A DNA stretch of 64,000 nt from Anthoceros angustus (Eukaryota > Plantae > Anthocerotophyta): positions 62,001-126,000 of the forward strand of contig MU008167.1 in the NCBI GenBank assembly GCA_010909165.1. The letters run 5' to 3'. The notes under the pieces were generated by a model, which saw nothing but the letters and a program-made list of their open reading frames with translations, searched no databases and was not told where the DNA came from. Both the position numbers and the translations under genes were made by a program. Of this stretch, positions 24,401 through 38,800 are shown piece after piece (within the stretch, counting starts at the first letter, position 1; every line of letters starts with the position of its first letter).

Positions 24401-27400
24401 GCTGGCTCAATCAAACACCATTGAAGATGACATAAGAGCACTGAAGTGGCATAAGACAAGGAAAGCTAGCATAATCAAACACCATTGAAGATGACATAAG
24501 AGCACTGAAGTGGCAGAAGACATCAAAAGCTGGCATAATCAAACACCATTGAAGATGATATAAGACCACTGAAGGTTGCAAGAAAAAAGCGCGCTATAAA
24601 CTATAAAGTATATGGCATCATAATTGGGGACTTATCTCAATGGATAAATGTTTGGGGCAAAGAGCTTTTAGTATCTTCCTAATCGAAAGCGACCCCATGA
24701 GCTGGGTTCCACAAGGCGTTGGTACACATTACTAACTCACCCCAATGCATTGAGATATTTTAATACAAGATTTGTTAAAACACGATGTCATTAAATCATG
24801 GCGAGATTTAGATCACGTTACCCATGATCTAAATCTTGACCGATGAGGGTCCGCCTCGGTTTGGCTCATCCTCCGGCCTCTTCTCTTTCCACGTGCGTTG
24901 TGGGCGCCATCGACGATTCGGTCCCATTTGGCCCGTTGTCCCGTGGAGGGGCAACGTGTTGCTACGCGCGCGTTTGGCGGCGTCATTTTTCATGATGGGC
25001 TCTCCCATCATCTCTCCTCAATAGAACTTCATTTTTATTTCTTATTATTTGCAACTAGACATCATTTACTATGTTTTTCTTGTTTTCTCACCATGACTAC
25101 TTTTATGAATGCGGGTTTAAAACAAGGATGCGAATGGGCCCTCCACCGTAGGGGCATCGGGGTCATCCCGACTTTACTTTTGCTCACGATGACTCCTAGA
25201 GATCGTGAGTCTTCTCACAACCATACAAACCACTTCTTCTAAGGAGAGAAGCCTACCAGAGTTTCTCGACCAACTACTAAAAACTATCAAGACGCTCCGA
25301 GTGGCGCAATCAAAGATCATTGAAGGTGGCATAAGAGCACGAAAGTCGGTATAATAAAACACCATTGAAGATGACATAAGAGCAATCAAGTGGCATAAGA
25401 CAAGGGCATAATCAAACACCATTGAAGATGACATAAGAGCATCAAGTGGCGTAAGACATTGAAAGTTGGCATAACTAAATACCTTTGAAGATGACATAAG
25501 AAATCAAGTGGGATAAGAGCACGAAAGTTGGCTCAATCAAACACCATTGAAGATGACATAAGAGCACCAAGTGGCATAAGACAAGGAAAGCTAGCATAAT
25601 CAAACACCATTGAAGATGACATAAGAGCAATCAAGTGGCGAAGACAACAAAAGTGGCATAATCAAACACCATTGAAGATGATATAAGACCACGCTCAAAG
25701 GTGGCAAGAAAAAGCGCTATAAACTATAAAGTATATGGCATCATAATTGGGGACTTATCTCAATGGATAAATGTTTGGGGCAAAGAGCTTTTAGTATCTC
25801 GCTTAATCGAAAGCGACCCCATGAGCTGGGTTCCACAAGGCGTTGGTACACATTACTAACTCACCCCAATGCATTGAGATATTTTAATACAAGATTTGTT
25901 AAAACACGATAGTCATGAAATTTAGATTTAGATCACGTTACCCATGATCTAAATCTTGACCGCGATGAGGGTCCGCCTCGGTTTGGCTCATCCTCCGGCC
26001 TCTTCTCTTTCCACGTGCGCCAGGAGCCGCCATCGACGATTCGGTCCCATTTGGCCCGTTGTCCGTGGAGGGGCAACGTGTTACGCATGACGCCCGTTTG
26101 GCGGCGTCATGTTTTCGATAACTAAGGAGAGCGGATTTTTTCCGTACAGGGGCGCCCATATACATTGCGTAATGGCGTGTCACTCAGGGCGGACCTTTTT
26201 TATACTAGGGGGGAGCAAATTTACATCGCTGATGTGGTTGTCACGGATCCCACGAGAGACTCCGTATGCGAGCACGTCATCATCAACCCCCCGGGCTGGG
26301 TGGCGGAAGGATGCGCAACTAGCAAGACTCACAAGTACCCTCCTTTGCAAGACGGCCATGTTTTCATCCCCCTCATCCTCGAGACTTGGGGCTATGGGCA
26401 AGGACTTCTCTAGGTTAATTAAGGAGTGTGCAAAAGCCTATCACAGCCACAGGAATTGGAGGGGCCTCCCCCTTTCCTCTGTGGTGGCTTTCTTTCGCCT
26501 TTGGGTTTTCATAGCAGCCAGCTGCGTTGTTTATAGGATCTGAGCGCAGGACTAGCGGCTTCTTCGACATTGGTGGTAGGTAGGCCCTTCATCATCCCTG
26601 ATCACGATATCATTGGTGCAGTAGGTAGTTACGGGAAAGGCATTCGAGGGGACTAGGACTTCCCCTTTTACTATTAGCCCTTTTTAGGTTGTTCCTCCTT
26701 GGACTTAAGGGTTGATGGCACTTCGTATCTCGCCTATTAAGAACGTCTACTCTACTCTTCTTACACATGATTAAAGTGCAACGTCCATTACTTTATGCCT
26801 TTATTTTTTATTACCATGTCGTATTATGTCATTTTTTTTATTTCTTATTATTTACAACTAGACATCATTTACTATGTTTTTCTTGTTTTCTCAGCCATGA
26901 CTACTTTTATGGATGCGGGTTTTAAATGCGGGTTTTAAACAAGGATGCGAATGGGCCCTCCACCGTAGGGGCATCGGGGTCATCCCGACTTTACTTTTGC
27001 TCACGATGACTCCTAGAGATCGTGAGTCTTCTCACAACCATACAAAACCACTTCTTCTAAGGAGAGAAGCCTACCAGAGTTCTCGACCAACTACTAAAAA
27101 CTATCAAGACGCTCCGAGTGGCGCAATCAAAGATCATTGAAGGTGGCATAAGAGCACGAAAGTCGGTATAATAAAACACCATTGAAGATGACATAAGAGC
27201 AATCAAGTGGCATAAGACAAGGGCATAATCAAACACCATTGAAGATGACATAAGAGCAATCAAGTGGCGTAAGACATTGAAAGTTGGCATAACTAAATAC
27301 CTTTGAAGATGACATAAGAAATCAAGTGGGATAAGAGCACGAAAGTTGGCTCAATCAAACACCATTGAAGATGACATAAGAGCACCAAGTGGCATAAGAC

Positions 27401-30400
27401 AAGGAAAGCTAGCATAATCAAACACCATTGAAGATGACATAAGAGCAATCAAGTGGCGAAGACAACAAAAGTGGCATAATCAAACACCATTGAAGATGAT
27501 ATAAGACCACGCTCAAAGGTGGCAAGAAAAAGCGCTATAAACTATAAAGTATATGGCATCATAATTGGGGACTTATCTCAATGGATAAATGTTTGGGGCA
27601 AAGAGCTTTTAGTATCTCGCTTAATCGAAAGCGACCCCATGAGCTGGGTTCCACAAGGCGTTGGTACACATTACTAACTCACCCCAATGCATTGAGATAT
27701 TTTAATACAAGATTTGTTAAAACACGATAGTGCATTAAATCATGGCGAGATTTAGATCACGTTACCCATGATCTAAATCTTGACCGCGATGAGGGTCCGC
27801 CTCGGTTTGGCTCATCCTCCGGCCTCTTCTCTTTCCACGTGCGCCAGGAGCTGCCACCGACCGGTCCCATTTGGCCCGTTGTCCGTGGAGGGGCAACGTG
27901 TTACGCATGACGCCCGTTTGGCGGCGTCATGTTTTCGATAACTAAGGAGAGCGGATTTTTCCGTATGAGCGCCCATATACATTGCATAATGGCGTGTCAC
28001 TGTGGACCTTTTTTATACTAGGGGAGCAAATTTACATCGCTCATGTGGTTGTCACGGATCCCACGAGAGACTGCGAGCGTCATCATCAACCCCGGCTGGG
28101 TGGCGGAAGGATGCGCAACTAGCAAGACTCACAAGTACCCTCCTTTGCAAGACGGCCATGTTTTCATCCCCTCATCCTCGAGACTCATGGGGCTATGGGC
28201 AAGGACTTCTAGGTTAATTAAGGAGTGCAAAAGCCTATCATGCCCAGTGAATTGGAGGCCTCCCCTTTCCTCTGTGGTGGCTTTCTTTCGCCTTTGGGTT
28301 TTCATAGCGTAGAAAGCGGCTAACGTTGTTTATAGGACACAAAGCAGGACTAGCGGCTTCTTTGACATTGGTGGTAGGTAGGCCCTTCATCATCCCCGAT
28401 CACGATATCATTGGTGCGAGGTAGTTACGGAAAGGCATTCGAGGGACTAGGACTTCTTTACTATTAGCCCTTTTAGGTTGTTCCTCCTTGGACTTAAGGG
28501 TTGATGGCATTTCTATATTAAGAACGCGTCTACTCTACTCTTCTTACACATGATTAAAGTGCACGCGTCCATTACTTTATGCCTTTATTTTTATTACCAT
28601 GTTGTATTATGTCATTTTTTTTTTATTTCTTATTATTTGCAACTAGACATCATTTACTATTTTTTCTTGTTTTCTCAGCCATGACTACTTTTATGGATGC
28701 GGGTTTTAAATGCTGGGAGGACTGCATCGGCCTCCATAGGGGTATTTGTGGGTCATCCGACTTCACTTTCGCTCACCATGACTCCTAGAGATCATGAGTC
28801 TTCTCACAAACATACAAAACCACTTCTTCCAAGGAGAAGCGTAACAAGAGTTCTCGACCAACTACTAAAACCCATCAAGACTTTTGTGTCCGAGTCGCCT
28901 TGGAGATTTGGAAGCCAATAGGCTGGACAACATCCTAGGAGGTTGGGAAGCTAGCGAGCCTTGGTGACATATTTACAATGATTTACTTAACTTAAGAGAA
29001 AGTAAAGTCTCGCGTTATGAGGACTCGCCGAGGAGACCAACGTACCCCATCCGACGGGGACCAACTTAGCGGATGCTGGAAATCGAAGAGCTTCACTCAG
29101 CTGAAGCTAAAGAGCAAGCTATCACTAGTTCATAGCGGTCGGTGGATTCATAACTTTCGTAAAAAAATTGTTGTCGTGCTTTAGCAAATCTTTCTTTAAG
29201 ATCTCTTATTTTATTATATTGGGGTGATCAATCCCTAATTATGGTACCATATTCTTTATAATTTATAGTGCATTCTTAGATTATGCCATCTTTATGGTCT
29301 TGTGCCACCTTTATGGTCTTTGATTGTGCCACCTCTGTGGACTTTTGCCACCTTCGTGGACTTTTGTTTTGCCAACCTTGGTGGTCTTTTCTCATGCCAC
29401 CTTATGCCACTTTCTACTTGATGAAGGTAGCTCCAGCTTGCTCTAAGGTGGGATGAAATAATCGTAACGGATCCGGATCATCAAAACACTCCTGCCTCCC
29501 TAATATTCCTTCTCCACATAGGTTTGCACATCATTCGCCATTTTGAGGTGCTCGCAAGCACACACTCCACGACCTGCACAACTTGACTACGTGAGGCCCT
29601 GCTCAATGTTTGCTCGATGTGTGTTCACAAAATCATTGCGAGCATCGTAGTTTCTTCAACTCTTGTGTCAACCCAACTGCACACTTGAGAGTTAGTACCA
29701 CATTGAGAAGCCTATCCACTTGTAGTTATGCTCCAACATTGCTTTCAATACATAGAAATGGATTTTTCACTCTAAGCAAATGTGACATGATACACATGCA
29801 CAAAGTTCTAAATTCAGAGACTAGTACCCACAACTCAGCTCCTTCTTTCACATGTAACCGTCGTTACATTGCTCCAAAAATAACAAAAATGGTATCATTT
29901 TGTTCTTCTTGTTGAGCGCTAATAGATGGATATATCAAAACAATTACAATTGGTTGAGCATTTGGTGAGAAATTGCCCGCTTTCTGATTGCAGAATTCCT
30001 CAAGGCCCATGTTCCGTCGTTTAGTGACTCAAAAACTACATGTTTGGCACCATTATGTTCCTCTTGTTGAGTTCTATCGATGATACCAAGACAGTTACAA
30101 TTGGCCAAGTATTTTGCGAAAAACTCAGCCTCACTTTTTACAGTCACCGCTAACCTCACATGGGCATTGGTTAGCTGGAGTTTGCTGGAGGAATGAAGAG
30201 TCTCGGGGAATCCTTCTTCAAACCAGCACCCTCTCATCTTTGGGCACCTCTAGATGCATAAGACGATTATCATCACGTTTGTGAAAACATCAGCCCTCAA
30301 AGTGTCTTTGTTGTGTATGAGCATCTCTGTGTGTAGAATGGGGTTTTACAAGCGCTCGTCTTGAGGACATGCTCGTCAATTGCATCTCCATCAACCACCT

Positions 30401-31261
30401 GCACCTTTGCCAATCACATGAGCGTTTACGTCCTCACAGATTGTCCAAAAGTCTACATTTTTTTTGCTCACTGTGTGCATACATGTGTCTTCATCAACCA
30501 CTTGAGTGCCTGTATATGAGTCTTCACCAGTTGCCTGAGCGCCGTTGCATATGTCTTCACCAGCCGCCTGAGCGCCGTTGCATGTGTGTTCACTGCCAAA
30601 GCTGTTTTGTATTCTTGTACCTCCTGTTTGTTTAGTGGGCACAAGATGAACCCTCTTCCACAACATTGTCGGCATGTAAAGACATCACGTCACATCAATG
30701 TCTTCCTTCACGCTGGAGTAAGAGCTGACCAATTTGCTTGCTACCAAATCCTTGCCTTCATCTCCGAGATAAGCGTCGATTAGGTTTTTCTCATTCTTCC
30801 TTGGCTCTCGCTGCAATTTCCTCACTTTCAACGCAGGAAGCGGTTACTTGTTGCGTCCTCCCTCGACATGCACGTGTACCCTTCACTAGTACCCTTCCAC
30901 CGCCACTGTCTCCCAACATTGTTGTGTTTGCATCGATTCCACCTTGCCTTGCCTTGCCTTTCTTCCACCTATGCTTCAACCCTAATTTTTCCTCCAACCA
31001 GAGACGTTGAAGGCGTGCATGAGAGGCCCATTTGATTCTGACCTCTCCTTTTTGTGATGAAGTGGGACTGCTCCTCGGGAGGTGGGCCTGTTCCTCCACT
31101 TTCTTCCCCTTTGTCCGTAGGCCTCTTCTCTTCCTTGTTTACCTTCTCTTGAAGTTGCGCAATTTGGGGTCTCACTCAATTAGCGTTGCTCTTCAATTCA
31201 TGAACTAATCTACATTATTGAATACACGGACATGATCAATTCCTTCTTGGATATCCATTGC

Positions 31262-31616
31262 TCATTCCTCCAAATAAGCATGCTTTCGACATAATGGCAT
31301 GTAAATATCTTCATCCCCAACAACGACTTGAGGTAATAATTTTCCAATTCTATGTGTGAATGGTGCGCAACCTTGCCACATAATTTACATTTGGCTAGCA
31401 ATGTTTCTATTCTATCAACTAATGGAATCAATTGTAATAATTTTCCAAATAGTTTTTGACTATCCCCGTCAATCACGCCACCATTATTTTTCTTTCCTTT
31501 ATCCGCGCCAACTACGGTTGCTAGTCTACACCTTCTTGTTCTAATTGTATGCTTCTTAACAAGTAACTTGTTTTGCCACTAAACATAGGTACCATAATAA
31601 TGAAAAATTTCTCCAT
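31262..31616 (-). pseudogene. Thymidine kinase remnant, copy 6
   Basis: ORF 31210-31476 reads DGDSQKLFGKLLQLIPLVD. Confidence 0.88.
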
Positions 31617-32450
31617 TTTATCATCGTCACTTATGGGATTATATTCGATAAAACAAAACAAGTATTCTTTTGAAAGTAAGAAGGTCTCAAGTCGATCAAG
31701 CTAGAGTAAGAAATTCTAAACTAATCCAACTAGAACAAGAAACTCTAAAGTGATCGTGCTACATTATGAGTTGTTTTCTAATGGATTTTGTCTAATCAAC
31801 TAAATAAACAATCACAAATGATCAAAACAAAGAATGCATGATTCAATTGATAAGTCAAAGCTTAAGATTTTGCATTATGAATTACAAATCATGAAAATTG
31901 TGCATGCGAAATGGCCGTGAACACAATAATCACGCGAGAAGTTTCAAAAGAATGCTTATTTTCTGGTGAAAAACTGTTTATATAAATTTCTATTACTTTT
32001 TTACTAACGGTACAGCCAACAGTCAAAGCTCTATGTGAAACTTATTAAGATTATGGTCTTCAGTAACCGCTTTCCAGTTAATTGCAATTTCTTTGAGTCC
32101 TTCACATTCCAATCAATTATAATTAACTTGTTCCATTGGGCTCTCTTCGCATTGGTTTCTTCCACCTATGCTTCAACCCTAATTTTTCCTCCAACCAGTG
32201 ACGTTGGAAGGCGCGTGCATGAGAGGCCCATTTGATTCTGACCTCTCCTTTTGTGATGAAGTGGGACTGCTCCTCGGGAGGTGGGCTGTTCCTCCACTTT
32301 TCTTCCCCTTTTGTCCGTAGGCCTCTTCTCTTCCTTGTTTACCTTCTCTTGCGCAATTTGGGGTCTCACTCAATTAGCGTTGCTCTTCAATTCATGAACT
32401 AATCTACATTGAATACAGACATGATCAATTCCTTCACGGATATCCATTGC

Positions 32451-32803
32451 TCATTCCTCCAAATAAGCATGCTTTCGACATAATGGCATGTAAATATCTT
32501 CATCCCCAACAACGACTTGAGGTAATAATTTTCCAATTCTATGTGTGAATGGTGCGAACCTTGCCACATAATTTACATTTGGCTAGCAATGTTTCTATTC
32601 TATCAACTAATGGAATCAATTGTAATAACTTTCCAAATAGTTTTTGACTATCCGCCCAATCTCGCCACCATTATTTTTCTTTCCTTTATCTCGTGACTTA
32701 ACTACGGTTGCTAGTCTACCCGCTTCGTTCTAATCGTATGCTTCTTAACAAGTAACTTGTTTTGCCACTAAACATAGGTACCATAATAATGAAAAATTTC
32801 CAT
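32451..32803 (-). pseudogene. Thymidine kinase remnant, copy 7
   Basis: Near-identical nucleotide sequence to the other TK copies. Confidence 0.86.
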
Positions 32804-35800
32804 TTTATCATCGCCACTTATGGGATTATATTCAAGAAACAAAACAAGTATTCTTTTGAAAGTAAGAAGGTCTCAAGTCGATCAAGCTAGAGTAAGAAAT
32901 TCTAAACTAATCCAACTAGAACAAGAAACTCTAAAGTGATCGTGCTACATTATGAGTTGTTTTCTAATGGATTTTGTCTAATCAACTAAATAAACAATCA
33001 CAAATGATCAAAACAAAGAATGCATGATTCAATTGATAAGTCAAAGCTTAAGATTTTGCATTATGAATTACAAATCATGAAAATTGTATGCGAAATGGCC
33101 GTGAACACAATAATCACGCGAGAAGTTTCAAAAGAATGCTTATTTTCCGGTGAAAACTGTTATATAACTTTCTATTAATTTTTACTAAGCAATACCAAAG
33201 CTCTATGTGAAACTTATTAAGATTATGGTCTTGAATCGCTTTCAGTTAATTGCAATTTCTTTTGAATCCTTCACATTCCAATCAATTATAATTAACTTGT
33301 TCCATTGGGCTCTCTTCGCATTGGTTTCTTCCGGTTTGTAACTCACTCGCAAATTATTACCTACTCAAAATGCTTGAATTAGTATCTAATAGGCCTCCTG
33401 GGCAGGCCTCATAGACTCACATTAATTAATCCAACATTGCAAATCGATGACCTCTTGAGTCATGACATTGTGCCTCTTGCTTCCTCTATTTCTTGTGAGC
33501 TAACACTAACAAGGATGGCGTGAAGGTAATCGCGAAAGAGTAAAACTTGGACTAAGTCAACATGTAGATCGTCGAAAATCAACACATAAACAAAGAATTT
33601 GAAAACTCAAAACTTGAAATCAAAAATCAAAAGTTGAGCCACAAAACAAAATAAGGAAAATCAACAGCTCAAAACAAAGATCGAAATCCCAAAATGAATA
33701 TAAACAAAATAAAGTGCGGATGTACAATGTCATTCGATGCACAACATTGTTTTGTTACAATGTACAATGTACAATGCCATTTACAATACACAACACCACT
33801 TGTAAAATTTTCAGTTACGAATGCACGTCACAATGAAAACGAAAATAGATCTTAAACATGTAGTTCGACCATATCTAAACATCTTTTATATATACACACA
33901 TAGGTATATAAATTTGTATCTTGCATTTCATTCAAAAGAAGCCCCGTGCAGGACCAATGGGCGGCCTCGTAGGGCTCTTACAACCTGTGACCCCTGAGCC
34001 ATGAATGAGAGGATGGGTGGCACCCCATCTTATCACGATTCGATTGGCGACAATGGAGTTCCAATGAGCTCACGTGTTTGGATGTCGCTCCTTCAAGGAG
34101 GACTACAAAACAAATATTATTTCACCTTTTGGCTTTTGATTCAACGTTTGAATGTGTCGGTTTTTGTTTCAACCTTTTGTGAAACGAGGCGCTTGTTTGC
34201 TTGATGCATTTTGCAACTTTTAGCTTAGCTTTAGCCTCCTTGAAATGGTTGGTAGCACTTTTCTCTTCTTAAAAGCACCTTGACTACTTCTTGGAGCCAA
34301 TAATTTTTAGTTGGAGCTTTTCTTAAAAGCGATTGAGGTTGAATTATTATGCTTAAGAGCAACTTGAATCTTGTTATCAAGTTGAGCAACAATGCTGGTC
34401 ATAACTTCCATGTATAATTTGCGATGGAAATCAATATTCAAAACTTGAGTGTGGAGCACTTGAATCTTGCACCAAGTTATCCCACTCATAGTTTGATTGT
34501 TCAATGATATTGCTTAATATGCTTTTGTGAACCGAACCTTGGTCCTTATGTTTAGAGGAAGTAGATAGTTTCTCTTGTCTCTTGAGATCTTTAAATTTAT
34601 CTCTAGAGATATCTACTATTGCCAGTATAAAAATACACTTCTTGGGTCCGAAAGTATTTTTTTCGCCATTCGTAATGCTTGCTTTATTTTTGTAATACTT
34701 GAGCATGTATTACAACAAGGTGCTTAGACACTTGACTTCCTTGAAAACTTGTTCATTAATTGCATCTCATCAATGTGATGCGATATTAAACGATGAATCG
34801 GCGCATATGTTGACATTTTTCCAACATTTTGGCGTGCATAACTCCTCGGTGTGAGTTGAGTTTAAAAGGCTAGCGAGATCGCTTGTTAATTAATGATAAA
34901 AGGATCTGTTAACACACCAATGTTTTAAAACATAAATAAACAAAGATGTGTTATCAAGGAGAAAAGAACAAAACCCGAGCAAATAAAACAAAACCACACC
35001 TACCTCGGGGCTAGTGACTCACTTCCTTGTGCTCACTTCCCAAAGGCTCTATAAATACTACATGTACTTGCTATTTCTAGCGTTTAGGGTTTCACCCTCA
35101 TCTCCTCCTTACAATAAAGAATATCCCATCCCTTGTTATTTCTAGCTAAGCATTCTTCTTGTTTATAGCTAAATATAATATATTAAATCACATTTACTCA
35201 TTTTTCATGATGGGCTCTCCCCATCATCTCTCCTCCTCAATAGAACTTCATTTTTTATTTCTTATTATTTGCAACTAGACATCATTTACTATGTTTTTCT
35301 TGTTTTCTCAGCCATGACTACTTTTATGAATGCGGGTTTAAACAAGGGGATGCGAGAATGGGCCCTCCACCTCGTAGGGGCATCGGGGTCATCCACTTTA
35401 CTTTTGCTCACGATGACTCCTAGAGATCGTGAGTCTTCTCACAACCATACAAACCACTTCTTCTAAGGAGAAGCCTACCGTAGTTTCTCGACCAACTACT
35501 AAAAACTATCAAGACGTCTCTAAGAGCACGAAAGGCGGTATAATAAAACACCATTGAAGATGACATAAAACCTTTGAAGTGGCATAAGACAAGAGCGGCA
35601 TAATCAAACACCATTGAAGATGACATAAGACCAAGTGGCGTAAGACATTGAAAGTTGGCATAACTAAATACCTTTGAAGATGACATAAAACTGAAGTGGG
35701 ATAAGAGCACAGTTGGCTCAATCAAACACCATTGAAGATGACATAAGAGCAAAGTGGCATAAGACAAGGAAAGCTAGCATAATCAAACACCATTGAAGAT

Positions 35801-38800
35801 GACATAAAACCAAGTGGCGAAGACAACAAAAGTGGCATAATCAAACACCATTGAAGATGATATAAGACCACTGCTCAAAGGTGGCAAGAAAAAGCGCTAT
35901 AAACTATAAAGTATATGGCATCATAATTGGGGACTTATCTCAATGGATAAATGTTTGGGGCAAAGAGCTTTTAGTACATTTAATCAGCGACCCCATGATT
36001 TGGGTTCCACAAGGCGTTGGTACACATTACTAACTCACCCCAATGCATTGAGATATTTTAATACAAGATTTGTTAAAACACGATAGTCTGCATTAAATCA
36101 TGGCGAGATTTAGATCACGTTACCCATGATCTAAATCTTGACCGCGATGAGGGTCCGCCTCGGTTTGGCTCATCCTCCGGCCTCTTCTCTTTCCACGTGC
36201 GTTGTGGAGCTGCCATCAGCGATTCGGGTCCCATTTGGCCCGTTGTCCCGTGGAGGGGCAGCGTATTGCTACGCATGACGCCGCTTTGGCGGCGTTTCGA
36301 TAACTAAGGAGAGCGGATTTTTCCGTCAGAGCGCCATATACATTGCATAATGGCGTGTCACTCGAGGGACCTTTTTATACTAGGGGAGCAAATTTACATC
36401 GCTCATGTGGTTGTCACGGATCCCACGAGACTCCGTGTCTGACACGTCATCATCAACCCCCGTTTGGGTGGCGGAAGGATGCGCAACTAGCAAGACTCAC
36501 AAGTACCCTCCTTTGCAAGACGGCCATGTTTTCATCCCCTCATCCTCGAGACTCATGGGGCTATGGGCAAGGACTTCTCTAGGTTAATTAAGGAGTGTGC
36601 AAAAGCCTATCACGACCACGGGGAATTGAGGGCCTCCCCTTTCCTCTGGTGGCTTTCTTCGCCTTTGGGTTTCATAGTTGTAAAGCGCTGGCCTTTGTTT
36701 ATAGGCTACGAGCGGACTGGCTCTTGACATTGGTGGTAGCCCTTCATCATCCCCGATCACGATATCATTAGTGCGATGGTATAATAAAACACCATTGAAG
36801 ATGACATAAGAGCACCTTGGCATAAGACAAGGAAAGGCGGCATAATCAAACACCATTGAAGATGACATAAGACCACCCAAGTGGCGAAGACATTGAAAGT
36901 TGGCATAACTAAATACCTTTGAAGATGACATAAGAACCTTTGAAGTGGGATAAGAGCACAAAGTTGGCTCAATCAAACACCATTGAAGATGACATAAGAG
37001 CATTGAAGTGGCATAAGACAAGGAAAGCTAGCATAATCAAACACCATTGAAGATGACATAAGAAATCTGGCGGGCGAAGACAACAAAAGGCGGCATAATC
37101 AAACACCATTGAAGATGATATAAGACCATGCTCAAAGGTGGCAAGAAAAAGCGCTATAAACTATAAAGTATATGGCATCATAATTGGGGACTTATCTCAA
37201 TGGATAAATGTTTGGGGCAAAGAGCTTTTAGTATCCGCTAATCGAAAGCGACCCCATGAGCTGGGTTCCACAAGGCGTTGGTACACATTACTAACTCACC
37301 CCAATGCATTGAGATATTTTAATACAAGATTTGTTAAAACACGATAGATTAAATCATGGCGAGATTTAGATCACGTTACCCATGATCTAAATCTTGACCG
37401 CGAGGGTCCGCCTCGGTTTGGCTCATCCGGCCTCTTCTCTTTCCACGTGCGGTTGTGGAGCTGCCATCGACGATTCGGTCCCATTTGGCCCGTTGTCCCG
37501 TGGAGGGGCAACGATTGCTACGCATGACGCCGCTTTGGCGCCATGTTTTCGATAACTAAGGAGAGCGGATTTTTCCGTGACAGGAGCCCATATACATTGC
37601 ATAATGGCGTGTCCTGTGGACCTTTTTATACTAGGGGAGCAAATTTACATCGCTCATGTGGTTGTCACGGATCCCACGAGACTCAGACGAGCACGTCATC
37701 ATCAACCCCGGCTGGGTGGCGGAAGGATGCGCAACTAGCAAGACTCACAAGTACCCTCCTTTGCAAGACGGCCATGTTTTCATCCCCTCATCCTCGAGAC
37801 TCATGGGGCTATGGGCAAGGACTTCTAGGTTAATTAAGGAGTGTGCAAAAGCCTATCATGCCCATGGAATTGGAGGGCCTCCCCTTTCCTGTGGTGGCTT
37901 TTTTTCATAGCCTTGTAGAGCCGGCTAACGTTGTTTATAGGATTTGCCAGGCAGGACTAGCCTTGACATTGGTGGTAGGCCCTTCATCATCCCCGATCAC
38001 GATATCATTGGTGCGAGGTAGTTACGGAAAGGCATTCGAGGACTAGGACTTCCTTTACTATTAGCCCTTTTAGGTTGTTCCTCCTTGGACTTAAGGGTTG
38101 ATGGCATTTCCTATCTCGCCTATTAAGAACGTCTACTCTACTCTTCTTACACATGATTAAAGTGCAACGTCCATTACTTTATGCCTTTATTTTTATTACC
38201 ATGTTGTATTATGTCATTTTTTATTTCTTATTATTTGCAACTAGACATCATTTACTATTTTTCTTGTTTTCTCAGCCATGACTACTTTTATGGATCACGG
38301 GTTTTAAATGCGGGCTGGGAGAGTATCGGCACTCCATAGGGGTATTTGTGGGTCATCTGACTTCACTTTCGCTCACCATGACTCCTAGAGATCATGAGTC
38401 TTCTCACAAACATACAAAACCACTTCTTCCAAGGAAAGCGTAAGAGTTCTCGACCAACTACTAAAACCCATCAAGACTTTTGTGTCAGTCGCCTTGGAGA
38501 TTTGGAAGCCAATAGGCTGGACAACATCCTAGGAGGTTGGGAAGCTAGCGGCCTTGGTGACATATTTACAATGATTTACTTAACTTAAGAGAAAGTAAAG
38601 TCTAAGCGTTATGAGGACTACCGCAGAGACCAACGTACCCCATCCGACGGGGACCAACTTAGCGGATCTGGAAATCGAAGAGCTTCACTCGGCTGAAGCT
38701 AAAGAGCAAGCTATCACTAGTTCATAGCGGTCGGTGGATTCGTAACTTCGTAAGAAAATTGTTATCGTGCTTTAGCAAATCTTTCTTTAAGATCTCTTAT